From IMG/VR virus record IMGVR_UViG_3300034088_000032, positions 347 through 64,346 of that record: a stretch of DNA of 64,000 bases; one strand, given 5' to 3'. Position 1 is the first letter of the stretch, and every line of letters starts with the position of its first letter. A program made the position numbers and the translations under genes. This document shows, in pieces, positions 38,576-47,686 of this stretch. This DNA is from a virus. The notes beneath the pieces were generated by a model. The model did no database searches. It saw only the letters and a list, made by a program, of their open reading frames with translations, and had not been told where the DNA came from.

Positions 38576-39295
38576 CTAGATTGACCAGATGTGGCCGCAT
38601 AGGGTGCAGCGCCAGAGCTTGCGGCCGGAGTCGACGAGCAGGGTTTCGAGGGTCCCCTGCCTGCTGGGGATGTCCTGGTGTGGGCATCGGGACCGCTTGG
38701 ACCAGGTGCGCGGGTGCCACGCGGCACGCCGGTACGCTTTCGCCCTGGTCGAGCTGAGGTGGCGCCAGGCGGCGAGGGCCGCGTGTGCGTCGTACAGCGG
38801 GTGGTGCGGGACGCCGACGATCTCGACGCCGGCCGCGGCGAGGTAACTGTCGACCGAGCGCGGGTCGTGGCCGTGGTCGGCGAGGGTGGTCGCCAGGTCG
38901 ATCAAGGGGTATGGCCCGGAGTGCTGGACCTGGTCGCGGTGGGCGTCGGCGAGGAATCCGAGTTCGAGCGGCCAGGCGACGTGTGCCAGGACGGCGTGGG
39001 TGGTGCGGTACGGGCCGTAGAACTCCCGCCAGGCGCGACAGAGGCCGCCGTATGAGCTGACGTCGACGGGTACCCCGGTTCTCGGGTCGTCGATGACCGG
39101 GAGCACGTGTTCCTTGACCCAATCGGTGCAGGTGGCGGGGGTCGGGCATCGGCTGGTCCATGAGCGGGACACCCGTCGCGTGGCGAAGTCGTAGACGATC
39201 CCGGCGACTGCGAAGGGTGGGGCGTCGAGACTCGGTGCCTCGGTGTCGATGACGATGAGTCCTTCGGGGTCCCAGCGGTCGTGGGTGATCGGCAC
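38576..39295 (-). CDS. DEDD 3'-5' exonuclease
   Basis: IDTE, LID, HHPLYDA. Confidence 0.75.
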   Translation of the reverse strand: MPITHDRWDPEGLIVIDTEAPSLDAPPFAVAGIVYDFATRRVSRSWTSRCPTPATCTDWVKEHVLPVIDDPRTGVPVDVSSYGGLCRAWREFYGPYRTTHAVLAHVAWPLELGFLADAHRDQVQHSGPYPLIDLATTLADHGHDPRSVDSYLAAAGVEIVGVPHHPLYDAHAALAAWRHLSSTRAKAYRRAAWHPRTWSKRSRCPHQDIPSRQGTLETLLVDSGRKLWRCTLCGHIWSI

Positions 39296-39316
39296 TGTTG
39301 TCTCCTTGGGCGCTTG

Positions 39317-39350
39317 ACGAGCCCGCCCCGGTGTTGGGGCGGGCTCGTCG
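39317..39350. terminator. Hairpin
   Basis: GACGAGCCCGCCCC..GGGGCGGGCTCGTC. Confidence 0.6.
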
Positions 39351-39359
39351 CTGGTCTGG

Positions 39360-40448
39360 TTACTCGTCGTCGGCCTTCGCAGGGCGGGACCGTCGGGTTT
39401 TCGGTGCTGGCCTGGCGGTGATGCGTCGGACTTTCAGGCTGCCCTGCCTGGTGGTCTTGGGGACCTCGTAGCCGAGGGCACGTAGGAGTGCGACCGCGGC
39501 GGCGTTGTCGACCTGTTCGACGGGTCGGGTGCGGCCGTACTCGTACTCGCCGTACATGCCGAACTTGACGTTGTCGAGGATCCGCGCGGCCTCCTCTTTG
39601 ATCCTCTTGCCGTCTCGTTCCATGTCCCGTCCGCGCTCGTATTCGGCGATGGTGCGGATGACATCGGAGTCGTCGGAGGGGGTGAAGTCGACCGACCCAT
39701 CGTCGTCGGGCCGGGCGAGGGGTCCCCAGCAGCGGCGGAGGAACGGGCACTCGTTGCAGGCGAAGCTGCCGCGGCGGCCTGGTCCGCGCATGGTTTGTCC
39801 GTCGATGTCTTCGCGGGGGGCGTCGTCGGGGTTGTCTGCCCAGTCGACGAGGTCGCTCACGCGGTCGACGACGAGGAGCACGTGGTCGTTGGTGAATGGT
39901 TCGACGATGACTTCGACGTCGCCTGAGGCCCGATCGAGGTACAGGGTCACCAGGTCCTCGGGTGGGCTGCCGGCTTGGAGGAGTGCGGTGGCGTAGCCGG
40001 CTTCCTGGATGGTGTGGTCGAGGTAGGCGTGTCCGGTTCGGCGGACACCTTGGAGCCGGTGCTCCCCCACGGTTTTCAGGTCGACGACGTCGCCGGGTGC
40101 GGACAGGTCGACGTGCCCGGGGATGGTCAGGCCGGCCGCGTGGAGTTCGACGGTGACCTCGTGCCGGGCGCCCGGGATGAGCGCGGCGAGTCGTGGTAGG
40201 AGCCATTCATGTTCGGCGGTGCCGAGGTTGGCCTGCCGGGCTTCGCGGGGGGTGACCTCGTCGCTCGGGTCGACCCGAGCGACGGCGTACGCCGCTTTGC
40301 GGGTGCAGGCGCCGAGTGCGGAGATGCCGAGGTCATGTGGTCCTCGTTGACGTTCGGCCGAGCCGGCGCGGAACGCCGCGCCGATCCGGTCGCGCCACAG
40401 GTCCGCTTTCGCCTGCTCGGGTGTAGTGGTGATGGCTTCGATCGTCAT
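39360..40448 (-). CDS. Cas4-like PD-(D/E)xK exonuclease
   Basis: S.LG.C.RK, GT..H, GHVD, DLKT, Q..GY, CxxCPFxxxC. Confidence 0.85.
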   Translation of the reverse strand: MTIEAITTTPEQAKADLWRDRIGAAFRAGSAERQRGPHDLGISALGACTRKAAYAVARVDPSDEVTPREARQANLGTAEHEWLLPRLAALIPGARHEVTVELHAAGLTIPGHVDLSAPGDVVDLKTVGEHRLQGVRRTGHAYLDHTIQEAGYATALLQAGSPPEDLVTLYLDRASGDVEVIVEPFTNDHVLLVVDRVSDLVDWADNPDDAPREDIDGQTMRGPGRRGSFACNECPFLRRCWGPLARPDDDGSVDFTPSDDSDVIRTIAEYERGRDMERDGKRIKEEAARILDNVKFGMYGEYEYGRTRPVEQVDNAAAVALLRALGYEVPKTTRQGSLKVRRITARPAPKTRRSRPAKADDE

Positions 40449-41548
40449 CGGGTTCCGCCTCGGTTGGCGGCCTGGGGACGGCCGCGGCGTGGGCGTGTGC
40501 AGTCGGGGCCGTGGGTGCCGGTCGCGGCGAGGTGGGCGGCGTTGCAGCCGCACTCGACGACGATCGGGGTTCCCGCGCTGGTGCGGGTGACGTCGCCGGT
40601 CCGGGTGGCCTCGGCGGTCTCGGCGGCGATCGCGGAGTCCAGGCCCCGGTGGAGCAGGTCGACGAGCTTGACCATGGTGCCCCCGCTGTCGGGAACCTCG
40701 ACTGTCTGGGCGTTGGGGTACCGGGTCGCGACGCGCATCGCCGTCTCGCGGATCGTGGCCGAGGAGCGGCGTGCCGCGAGCAGCCACGTGGCCAGGGCCT
40801 CGGCGACCACGACGTGTTCGGGTTTGACGTTCGCGGCCGGGTCGGTGACGGTCTGGTGTTCGCCTGCGGGCAGGGTATCGGCGACCGGATCGACCTGGTT
40901 GACGGTGTCGGGGTCGCGGGCGGCGACCTCGTCGGCGTCCTCGCCCACCGGGCCGGGGTCGGGCAGTCCGGCGCCGATCACGCCGTCGGAGTAGCCGGCG
41001 GGCTCGGCGAGTGTCGCGACGACGACCGGTCGGGAGGGGCCGTCGATGTTGTACAGCGACAAGCCAAACTGGTCGCCCAGTTTCTTCGCGGCCCGCTTGA
41101 GTGCATCTGAGGCGGCGGCCTTCGTGGCGAGGCTCGCGGCCTCTCCGTAGCTGACCTGGTTGACACCCTCACCGACGCCGACGCCGGTCTTGTGGGTCAA
41201 CTCTCGGCCGTATATGTCCTTGATCCTCAGTACCAGGGTGGCTCGTACGACGATGGTCCAGCGCTGCTTCTGCTGGTTGGTCTTCCCATCGATGACCGGT
41301 TCGCCGGCCTTCGTGAGCATCGGTGACGGTTCGGCGTGGAGCTGTTCGACGACGAGGTCCTCGTCGTCCCAGCCTGCGAAGCCGAAGATCTGCGTGAGCG
41401 TGCGCTCGACGTCCCAGGACGGGAGGTAGAACTTGCCGGCGGGGTTGCGCTGGACTCGGTCTTTCTGTACCGGCTGGAGGAGTTGGTCGTACTGGTCGGC
41501 GGTCAACGCCGGGAACGGCTGGACCGGTGGTGCAGTGTGGCTGGTCAC
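40445..41548 (-). CDS. Rad52/Sak-family single-strand annealing protein
   Basis: YL..WDV...L..IFGF.GW, AASDALKRAA..LGDQFGLSLY. Confidence 0.88.
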   Translation of the reverse strand: MTSHTAPPVQPFPALTADQYDQLLQPVQKDRVQRNPAGKFYLPSWDVERTLTQIFGFAGWDDEDLVVEQLHAEPSPMLTKAGEPVIDGKTNQQKQRWTIVVRATLVLRIKDIYGRELTHKTGVGVGEGVNQVSYGEAASLATKAAASDALKRAAKKLGDQFGLSLYNIDGPSRPVVVATLAEPAGYSDGVIGAGLPDPGPVGEDADEVAARDPDTVNQVDPVADTLPAGEHQTVTDPAANVKPEHVVVAEALATWLLAARRSSATIRETAMRVATRYPNAQTVEVPDSGGTMVKLVDLLHRGLDSAIAAETAEATRTGDVTRTSAGTPIVVECGCNAAHLAATGTHGPDCTRPRRGRPQAANRGGTR

Positions 41549-41653
41549 TCGTTTCTCCTGGTCGTGTGGCTGCCCGGTACGGTGGACGGTCGCACCGGGC
41601 GGTACCCCACGATCATATACCAATGGTCTAGGAAAGGCTCGCTGCCTGTAGAC

Positions 41654-41929
41654 CTACCGGCGATGACGTCGGGCACCTGCGACGGCGAGGCACCCCGCTA
41701 TCGTCACGCCGAGTACGCCGCACGCCGCGATGTCCCGGCCGACGCGCTCGTTGACGACGGCGTAGACCACGAGGCCGACGACGACGGTCAGCCAGGCGGA
41801 GACGCCGCCGATGTGGGCTGCCCAGAACAGGGCGGAGTGGCGGGGTCGTGGCATCGCGTGCCTCCTGGCGGTCCGGGGGGCCGCGGTGACCGGTGTACGC
41901 CTGGCTGCGGCAGCGGTGGTCATGCTCAA
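41654..41929 (-). CDS. Two-TM membrane protein
   Basis: Hydrophobic helices; coupled operon. Confidence 0.55.
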   Translation of the reverse strand: MSMTTAAAARRTPVTAAPRTARRHAMPRPRHSALFWAAHIGGVSAWLTVVVGLVVYAVVNERVGRDIAACGVLGVTIAGCLAVAGARRHRR

Positions 41930-42225
41930 GGTGTCGGCCTTCCGTCGGGGCTGGTCTCGTCGGTCTCAGTCTCGTCAATGCCCAGGTACGTCAGGAGACC
42001 TGCCTCCTGGGCCCAGCGGAGCACCTGCATCCGACGATGCCGCTCGGGCATCGGGTCGTCAACGACCTGGACCGTTTCGACGCCGTGTGCTGCGGCGTAG
42101 CCGGCCACGAATCCGATCACGTCGTTCTCCGCGATCGAGACCGTACGGCCGGCGGCGATCACCGTTGTGCCGGTCTCGACGACTGGGCCGACGCGTCGGG
42201 AGGGGAGGCGGACGACGAATTTCAC
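41926..42225 (-). CDS. Hypothetical protein
   Basis: GTGA overlap. Confidence 0.55.
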   Translation of the reverse strand: MKFVVRLPSRRVGPVVETGTTVIAAGRTVSIAENDVIGFVAGYAAAHGVETVQVVDDPMPERHRRMQVLRWAQEAGLLTYLGIDETETDETSPDGRPTP

Positions 42226-42587
42226 TGGTCCCACCGGGGTACCTCGACGTGGCAGACGAGGTCGACACGCCACCCGCCGATGGTGGCGGTGGTGCGGATG
42301 ATGCCGCCGAGCTGGTCGTCGCCGGGCAGGCCCAACGGACACGCGAGCATCGTGCACCACTCTCGGTAGGCGTCGATCGAGGGGAGAGTGACCGTCATGG
42401 TGGTGATCGTCATGTCGACGTCGACGGACCCCGGGGCCCCTGTTGTCGCGAGGGAGGCCAGGGACGCGGCCCAGCTCAGGACGGCCGTGGTCGATGCGTC
42501 GGCCGAGATCGGGCTGACCATGGGTACGGCTGGTTCCGCGGGTGGGCCGTCGGTTACGGTCTCGGGCTCGATGATGGTCGTGGTCAC
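42222..42587 (-). CDS. Hypothetical protein
   Basis: AAGGAG RBS. Confidence 0.6.
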   Translation of the reverse strand: MTTTIIEPETVTDGPPAEPAVPMVSPISADASTTAVLSWAASLASLATTGAPGSVDVDMTITTMTVTLPSIDAYREWCTMLACPLGLPGDDQLGGIIRTTATIGGWRVDLVCHVEVPRWDQ

Positions 42588-42615
42588 GGTGCGTCTCCTT
42601 CAGTTGCTCGTGAGG

Positions 42616-43110
42616 CTAAGGGGTCTCGGCTGTCGGGGCTATCGGCGGACGGCCGGTCTCGACGCGACAGGGGTCACAGAGTGGGGAGGCGGCGCCTGGG
42701 CCGTACCGGTACGGGTGACGGGTACGGCACCGCGCGCATGGTCCGGACCGGTCGGGCCCGCCGGTGGTGATCGCCGTGGAGCGCCGGATGGTGCCGGGGG
42801 CGACGGCCTGTTCGAGGCCTGCGTACTGGCCGGCGGCGGGGCAGGTGGTCCAGTGGGGGCTATAGCGGTGGCCGGTGGCGGCGAGGCGCTGGTCGTCGGA
42901 CAGGACCCGTACTCCCCAGTCGGTGCCGTCGCGCGCCGCGGTGAGGATGCCGGCCGGGTCCCGGTCGATGTCGATCGGGATGTCGCATCCGCGCCCCGGT
43001 CCGGACACGACGCGGACGTTGCGGATCGACGCGCCGCACGAGCAGGTGGCGCTCGGTTGGGCGACGCCGGCCCGTACGGGCCGGACAGGTCGGCTGGTCG
43101 TGGGGATCAT
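42616..43110 (-). CDS. Zinc-binding protein
   Basis: CSCGA.I, HWTTC, two further CxxC pairs. Confidence 0.65.
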   Translation of the reverse strand: MIPTTSRPVRPVRAGVAQPSATCSCGASIRNVRVVSGPGRGCDIPIDIDRDPAGILTAARDGTDWGVRVLSDDQRLAATGHRYSPHWTTCPAAGQYAGLEQAVAPGTIRRSTAITTGGPDRSGPCARCRTRHPYRYGPGAASPLCDPCRVETGRPPIAPTAETP

Positions 43111-43120
43111 GGCTGGCCTT

Positions 43121-43291
43121 TCACCGGCGGGTGCGGGTCGGTTGGCCCGGGCGGGCGGCGGTTCGCGGGGCGGTCGCGGGTGGGCTGGTCCAGTCGTGGC
43201 AGGCGCCGCAGTAGCCCTCGACGACGTCAGTCGGGTGGTGGCTGGTCCGTTTGCACACCGGACAGGTGATCGTCTGCGTGGCGCCGGTCAT
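43121..43291 (-). CDS. Small zinc-ribbon protein
   Basis: ITCPVC..TSHHP.D...GYCG.CHDW. Confidence 0.7.
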   Translation of the reverse strand: MTGATQTITCPVCKRTSHHPTDVVEGYCGACHDWTSPPATAPRTAARPGQPTRTRR

Positions 43292-44400
43292 GACGCCTCG
43301 ACCTGGTCGGGGTGGCAGCGGGTGCAGGGGACCATCGTTTCGGTGTCGTCGAGGTCCATGCGGGTCGGCTCGTAGCACCGGCCGCAGTGCGGCGGCCTGG
43401 CGGTGCTGACGGCGGCCGGGGTGCGGCGGGTGAGGTCGGGGAGCTGGTCGAGGCGGTACCGCAGGGCGCCGGCGACCCGGTCGGCGCTGGCGATGCCCTG
43501 CCCGAGCCGGGCGACGAGGTCGGTCGGTGACCATCCGGCGTCGAGGGCCGCGGCGATGCGGTCGATGAGGGTGACGGTCTGGGCACGGCCGGGCTGCTTG
43601 GCCTGGGGTACCTGTGCGAGGGCTTCGACGAAGACCCGGCGTGCCGTGTCGAGGTTCTGGTCGCCTGATTCCGCCCTACCTGCCCCGTGCTCGGCCGCCC
43701 CGGGCGTCGGGCTGCCGGCGGTGGGGGTTTGGGGGTTGGTTGGTTCGTCCGGTTGGGTTCTTCTGGTTAGTACCCCCTGTGGGGGGTGACCTGTTACCCC
43801 CTGTGGGGGGTGACTGGGCTGACCTGCGGTAACGGGTGTCTGCCCTGGTCGCGGCTGTCGCCCCCTCTCGGGGGTAACAGCGCTGACCTGCGGTTTTACC
43901 TGGTGTGAGTTATCCACAGGGCCGGTTTTCGCCTGCTCGCGACGTCGGGCACCGCGGACCGGGGTGCAGCGGGTGTCCGGGCTGTTGGCCCGGTACCAGT
44001 CGGCCAGGGTGAGCGGGCCGGTGTACCCCGCCGGCGGGGCGTCGTGGACGGTGTAGATCGTGCGCCGCGGCATGGTCGCAGTGTGCTCGATGGTGACCGC
44101 ACCACCGAGGCCGTCGCAGTTTGGGAGGTCGGCGGCGAGTTCCGCGATGTACGGTCTGATCTTGTCGCCCCGCGGGGCGGAACCCGTCACCCTCGAACCT
44201 TTCATCAGCATGGCGATCACCGTTTGGGTCGGCCAGACGAGGCCGTCGCCGCGGCTGGTGTTGCAGTGCGCCTTGAGGATCTTGTACACCTGCTGAGCTT
44301 GGACGCTGTACCCGGCGAACATGATCCAGTCCGGGACGGCGGACCAGGTCGGGCCGGTCCGTCCGGCCCTGATGATGATCTTCTGCGATGTGTCGGACAT
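43288..44400 (-). CDS. Replication initiator (N-terminal HTH, C-terminal Zn ribbon)
   Basis: WSAVPDW, VY..L, VWPTQ..IA; HCGRC..PC.RCHP; internal iterons. Confidence 0.8.
   Translation of the reverse strand: MSDTSQKIIIRAGRTGPTWSAVPDWIMFAGYSVQAQQVYKILKAHCNTSRGDGLVWPTQTVIAMLMKGSRVTGSAPRGDKIRPYIAELAADLPNCDGLGGAVTIEHTATMPRRTIYTVHDAPPAGYTGPLTLADWYRANSPDTRCTPVRGARRREQAKTGPVDNSHQVKPQVSAVTPERGRQPRPGQTPVTAGQPSHPPQGVTGHPPQGVLTRRTQPDEPTNPQTPTAGSPTPGAAEHGAGRAESGDQNLDTARRVFVEALAQVPQAKQPGRAQTVTLIDRIAAALDAGWSPTDLVARLGQGIASADRVAGALRYRLDQLPDLTRRTPAAVSTARPPHCGRCYEPTRMDLDDTETMVPCTRCHPDQVEAS
43771..43918. promoter_or_regulatory. Putative replication origin inside the initiator gene
   Basis: TACCCCCTGTGGGGGGTGAC x2 plus a variant at 43861; GCTGACCTGCGGT x2; TTATCCACA at 43910-43918. 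Confidence 0.7.
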
Positions 44401-44789
44401 CGATATTTCACCTTCCCCGGTACCCGCCGGAAGGTCCGCCCGGTACGCTGGGCTTATCTCCGAACGGGACCGTGCGTTTCAACTGGTCAGAACGTTGCGT
44501 GTCCCCAGATCGTGGCTGGTCGTTGGAGAGTGTCGGGGTCGCCCGAGGACGGGACATCCTTGGGCGGCCCTTTCTGTTGCCGCCTGCCGGACCTGGTCTC
44601 GACGTAACCGTTTGTACGAGGGCGGTCCATCCGTTACGCTTTCTGTTGCCCAGCGCGCTCGCGCGGTCACTTGACCGCGAGGACGCGGGTGCCTGACCCC
44701 GGTGACGTGCTGCGTAACACTCCCGGGCTCGCAAGGCACCGCCGCCCCCGGTCCGTTCACACGGCGGGGGCGGTCCTTGTTCTGGCAGG

Positions 44790-45155
44790 TCATCGCGGCT
44801 TGGTCCGCGGCCTGGTCCGTGGTCGGCCAGGCGGACCGAGTCTGAGCGGGCAGTTATCGAGTCCAAGTCGACCGGTCTGCCGGCCCCACTCGAACAGCGT
44901 GTCGAGGTCCCATACCGGGTCGCGGACCAGCCGGGCGAGGGACGGGGGCAGGTCGACCGGGTCGGGCAGCACGTTCAGCGAGGCGTGGTCCTCCTCGCCC
45001 GCGGTCCGTCCGATCGCGTTGCCGCGCCAGACCTTGACGGTAACGAGCTGAACGCCGAACAGGCGGGGGATCTCGTGGAGCCGGACGAGCCTGTCGAGGC
45101 GTGCTGCCAGGTCGTGCGGCACCGGGGGCACCGGGGGCGCCAGGACGGTTGTCAC
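44790..45155 (-). CDS. Excisionase/AlpA-like HTH protein
   Basis: LV.LHEI..LFGV...TV..W, LPDP, PVW.....EW...TGR. Confidence 0.7.
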   Translation of the reverse strand: MTTVLAPPVPPVPHDLAARLDRLVRLHEIPRLFGVQLVTVKVWRGNAIGRTAGEEDHASLNVLPDPVDLPPSLARLVRDPVWDLDTLFEWGRQTGRLGLDNCPLRLGPPGRPRTRPRTKPR

Positions 45156-45248
45156 TCTGTCTCCTTCACTCGCTTACCATGAACGACTATACCACGGGTC
45201 TACACGGCGGGACCCCCGCGCCCGGCGGGGGTCCCATCATTACGGCGA

Positions 45249-45803
45249 TCAGCCGGGGTACGGCCCATCGACCCGGAGCAGGCACTCACCGGTCGAGAGG
45301 TCGAGCCGGTGCCACAGCAACGGCCGGTAGCGGGTGAACCAGGCCAGCCACTCCACGGTGGGCTCGTCGTGCCACAGGTCGTCGCCCGGCCGGTCTGCGG
45401 GGCACGGGGCGCTGGGGACCCCGAGCGGGACGCGATCTCCGAGGAAGATCAGTTTCGCGTGGGTGGGTGAGGTCGCCCAGACGTACCCGGTCCTGCGGGT
45501 CGTGACCATGCGGTACAGCCGGGCCTCGGTCGGCAGCGGCATCGGGGCGGGCGCGGCCGTGGGCGAGACCTCGCCCGCGGGGCAGAACGGGCAGTCGCAC
45601 CATTCGCGGCCGGTACACCCAAAGGTCTCGGGTGTCGCCATCGCCGGGGGAACCGTCAGCGGGTCGTCGGCGCCGGCCAGCGCCCTCGCGCCCGCAACGC
45701 ACGCAGGACAGTTGGGGTTGAAGACGGCGCGGTTCGGACAGGTGTGCGACAGGCACACGGTTGTCGGGTGTTGTCCGTGGGTGCCTCGGGTCGCCCTGGT
45801 CAC
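45249..45803 (-). CDS. Cys-rich hypothetical protein
   Basis: Several Cys clusters; GTGA overlap. Confidence 0.5.
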   Translation of the reverse strand: MTRATRGTHGQHPTTVCLSHTCPNRAVFNPNCPACVAGARALAGADDPLTVPPAMATPETFGCTGREWCDCPFCPAGEVSPTAAPAPMPLPTEARLYRMVTTRRTGYVWATSPTHAKLIFLGDRVPLGVPSAPCPADRPGDDLWHDEPTVEWLAWFTRYRPLLWHRLDLSTGECLLRVDGPYPG

Positions 45804-46522
45804 CTCGCACCGTCCCGGGCCCGGTCGTACGCGAGCACGGCCGCGCGGCCAGTGTCGGTCAGCCGGTACCAGCGCCGGCCGTGCAGTGCCCGTGCGCCCT
45901 CCTCACACCAGCCGGCCGCGAGGACAGCCCTCGCGCGTTCAGTTCTGCTGCCGCCGTCCACATGCCACGCGCGGCCGTGCTCCGCGTATACCCGGCGGGA
46001 CTCCATCTCGTCGAGGAACCTGCGGCGGACAGGGGTCATCGCGGTGGGGACGCCGGTTCGTGGCGGAACCGGGCCGCACATGGGGAGAGTCTCGGATGGA
46101 CGGACTTCCTCCAGGTCGTGTCCGTAGACACGACGTTCGCCTGCACCGTAGGGGGCGAGCTGAGCGTCGAGGCCGACCGAGAGGCCGGACGTGTCCCATT
46201 CGGCGACGTGGCCGAGCGCGGCGGCGAGCGCCGCGACAGTGTCGCGACGGGCGGTGGCATCGTCGGTGCCGCCAGCGCCTGGAGACGTTACCTGGAGGCT
46301 GACATGCAGCCAGGTGCACGCGATCTCGTCGTCGTGGGTCCGTGCCCACTCCGCGAGCTGGTCTGCCGTGGCTCGGAGCCCGGCCACAATCGCGCCGATG
46401 CTGGTGGTCGTGGGGGCAGGCGGGTACTCGACGGTGGGCGGGCTGACGACGTCGTCATCCGTCGGGGTCAGCCGAAGGGGCGAGGCGGGTTGGGCCGTTT
46501 GATGGTCCGGTGTGCTGGTCAC
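45800..46522 (-). CDS. Hypothetical protein, possible C-terminal winged helix
   Basis: YRLTDTGRAAV; start uncertain. Confidence 0.5.
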   Translation of the reverse strand: MTSTPDHQTAQPASPLRLTPTDDDVVSPPTVEYPPAPTTTSIGAIVAGLRATADQLAEWARTHDDEIACTWLHVSLQVTSPGAGGTDDATARRDTVAALAAALGHVAEWDTSGLSVGLDAQLAPYGAGERRVYGHDLEEVRPSETLPMCGPVPPRTGVPTAMTPVRRRFLDEMESRRVYAEHGRAWHVDGGSRTERARAVLAAGWCEEGARALHGRRWYRLTDTGRAAVLAYDRARDGAR

Positions 46523-46566
46523 GGGCGTAACTCCGATCCGTGGGGGTCGTTGGTAGGTGCGTGATA

Positions 46567-46899
46567 TCAGGCCGCGGGGGTCAGGCTGTACCGGAGCTGG
46601 TCGAGCTTGGCCTCCTCGCCGGCGGTCAACGGGTCGACCTCGTCGATCATGTCGGCGATGACGTCGGCGAGGGTCCTGCTCCCCTGGTCGCGACGGCGAC
46701 AGATGAGGCTGTAGTCCAGACGGAGTCGGATGGCGAGGACGCTGGCGCACCGGCGGCAGAGGTGGCCCCGGTCGCTGGGCCGGACGTCCCGGGCCTTGAG
46801 GATCCGGCCCGAACCGGACCCGCAGTACGCCCAGCCGTGGATCGCCAGGTGCAGGCGGGCTCCGCGACGGTTGGTGACTTGGCCGACCAGCGTGTACAT
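46567..46899 (-). CDS. Zinc-binding hypothetical protein
   Basis: H..YCG..CRRC; GGAG RBS. Confidence 0.55.
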   Translation of the reverse strand: MYTLVGQVTNRRGARLHLAIHGWAYCGSGSGRILKARDVRPSDRGHLCRRCASVLAIRLRLDYSLICRRRDQGSRTLADVIADMIDEVDPLTAGEEAKLDQLRYSLTPAA

Positions 46900-47077
46900 C
46901 ACTCCGGGTACCCCCTCATCTCTATACCGACAGTCTATCACCTCTCGTCATGCTGTTCAACCACTGGTATAGTCACTGAGGTGAGGGTGCGTCCCCCAAA
47001 CGACCGACGGCGTCCCCGCCGATCACGGACCTACTCTCACCGATGAGGCCAGCCACGCCATGACCAGAGGAAATGCC

Positions 47078-47686
47078 ATGAATCTGGACGCTTTGAGCTG
47101 CGACTGTCCGGACTGCCCAGCCGGCATTCTCGCGCGTCACCTACTCGAGGAGAATGCCCGGCTCCGCAACCTCGCCGGCGCGGACGAGCTGACCGGGCTG
47201 CTCAACCGCCGCGGGATGCGCGCGACCTGGTCGACCTGGTGCCGCGCCGGAGGCGACCTGATCCGCGCGACCGTCGCGGGTGTCGCGATGCTCGACCTCG
47301 ACCTGTTCAAGCCGGTCAACGACAAGCACGGGCACGAGGCCGGCGACCGGGTGCTGCGACGTCTCGCCGACCTGATCCGCAGGACAGGCGGTACCGGGGT
47401 CCGGCTCGGCGGCGATGAGTTCGCCGTCTTCCTCAGCAACGCCCACGGTGCATACGACCCGTTCGACGCGCTACGGACCCTCGCCGCGGCCGTAGCGGAA
47501 CCGATCGCGGTCACGTCGCGCGACAAGGTCGAGGTGACCCTGTCGATCGGTGCGGTCGGGATCGACGAGGTCGACCAGGACGACGACCCGGAAACCTGGC
47601 TCGGCCACCTGCTGCGGACCGCCGACATGCGGCTGTACATGGCCAAGGACGCTGGCCGCGCACGGATCGTGGGGCCCGGACGATGA
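47078..47686 (+). CDS. Standalone diguanylate cyclase (GGDEF)
   Basis: DELTGLLNRRG, DLDLFK.VND.HGH.AGD.VL, RLGGDEF, SIG, AD..LY.AK..GR. Confidence 0.95.
   Translation: MNLDALSCDCPDCPAGILARHLLEENARLRNLAGADELTGLLNRRGMRATWSTWCRAGGDLIRATVAGVAMLDLDLFKPVNDKHGHEAGDRVLRRLADLIRRTGGTGVRLGGDEFAVFLSNAHGAYDPFDALRTLAAAVAEPIAVTSRDKVEVTLSIGAVGIDEVDQDDDPETWLGHLLRTADMRLYMAKDAGRARIVGPGR

Noticed and set aside
39360-40448. Cas4 as evidence of a CRISPR system
   Set aside because: No array or other cas genes; paired with Rad52/Sak as a standard phage recombination module
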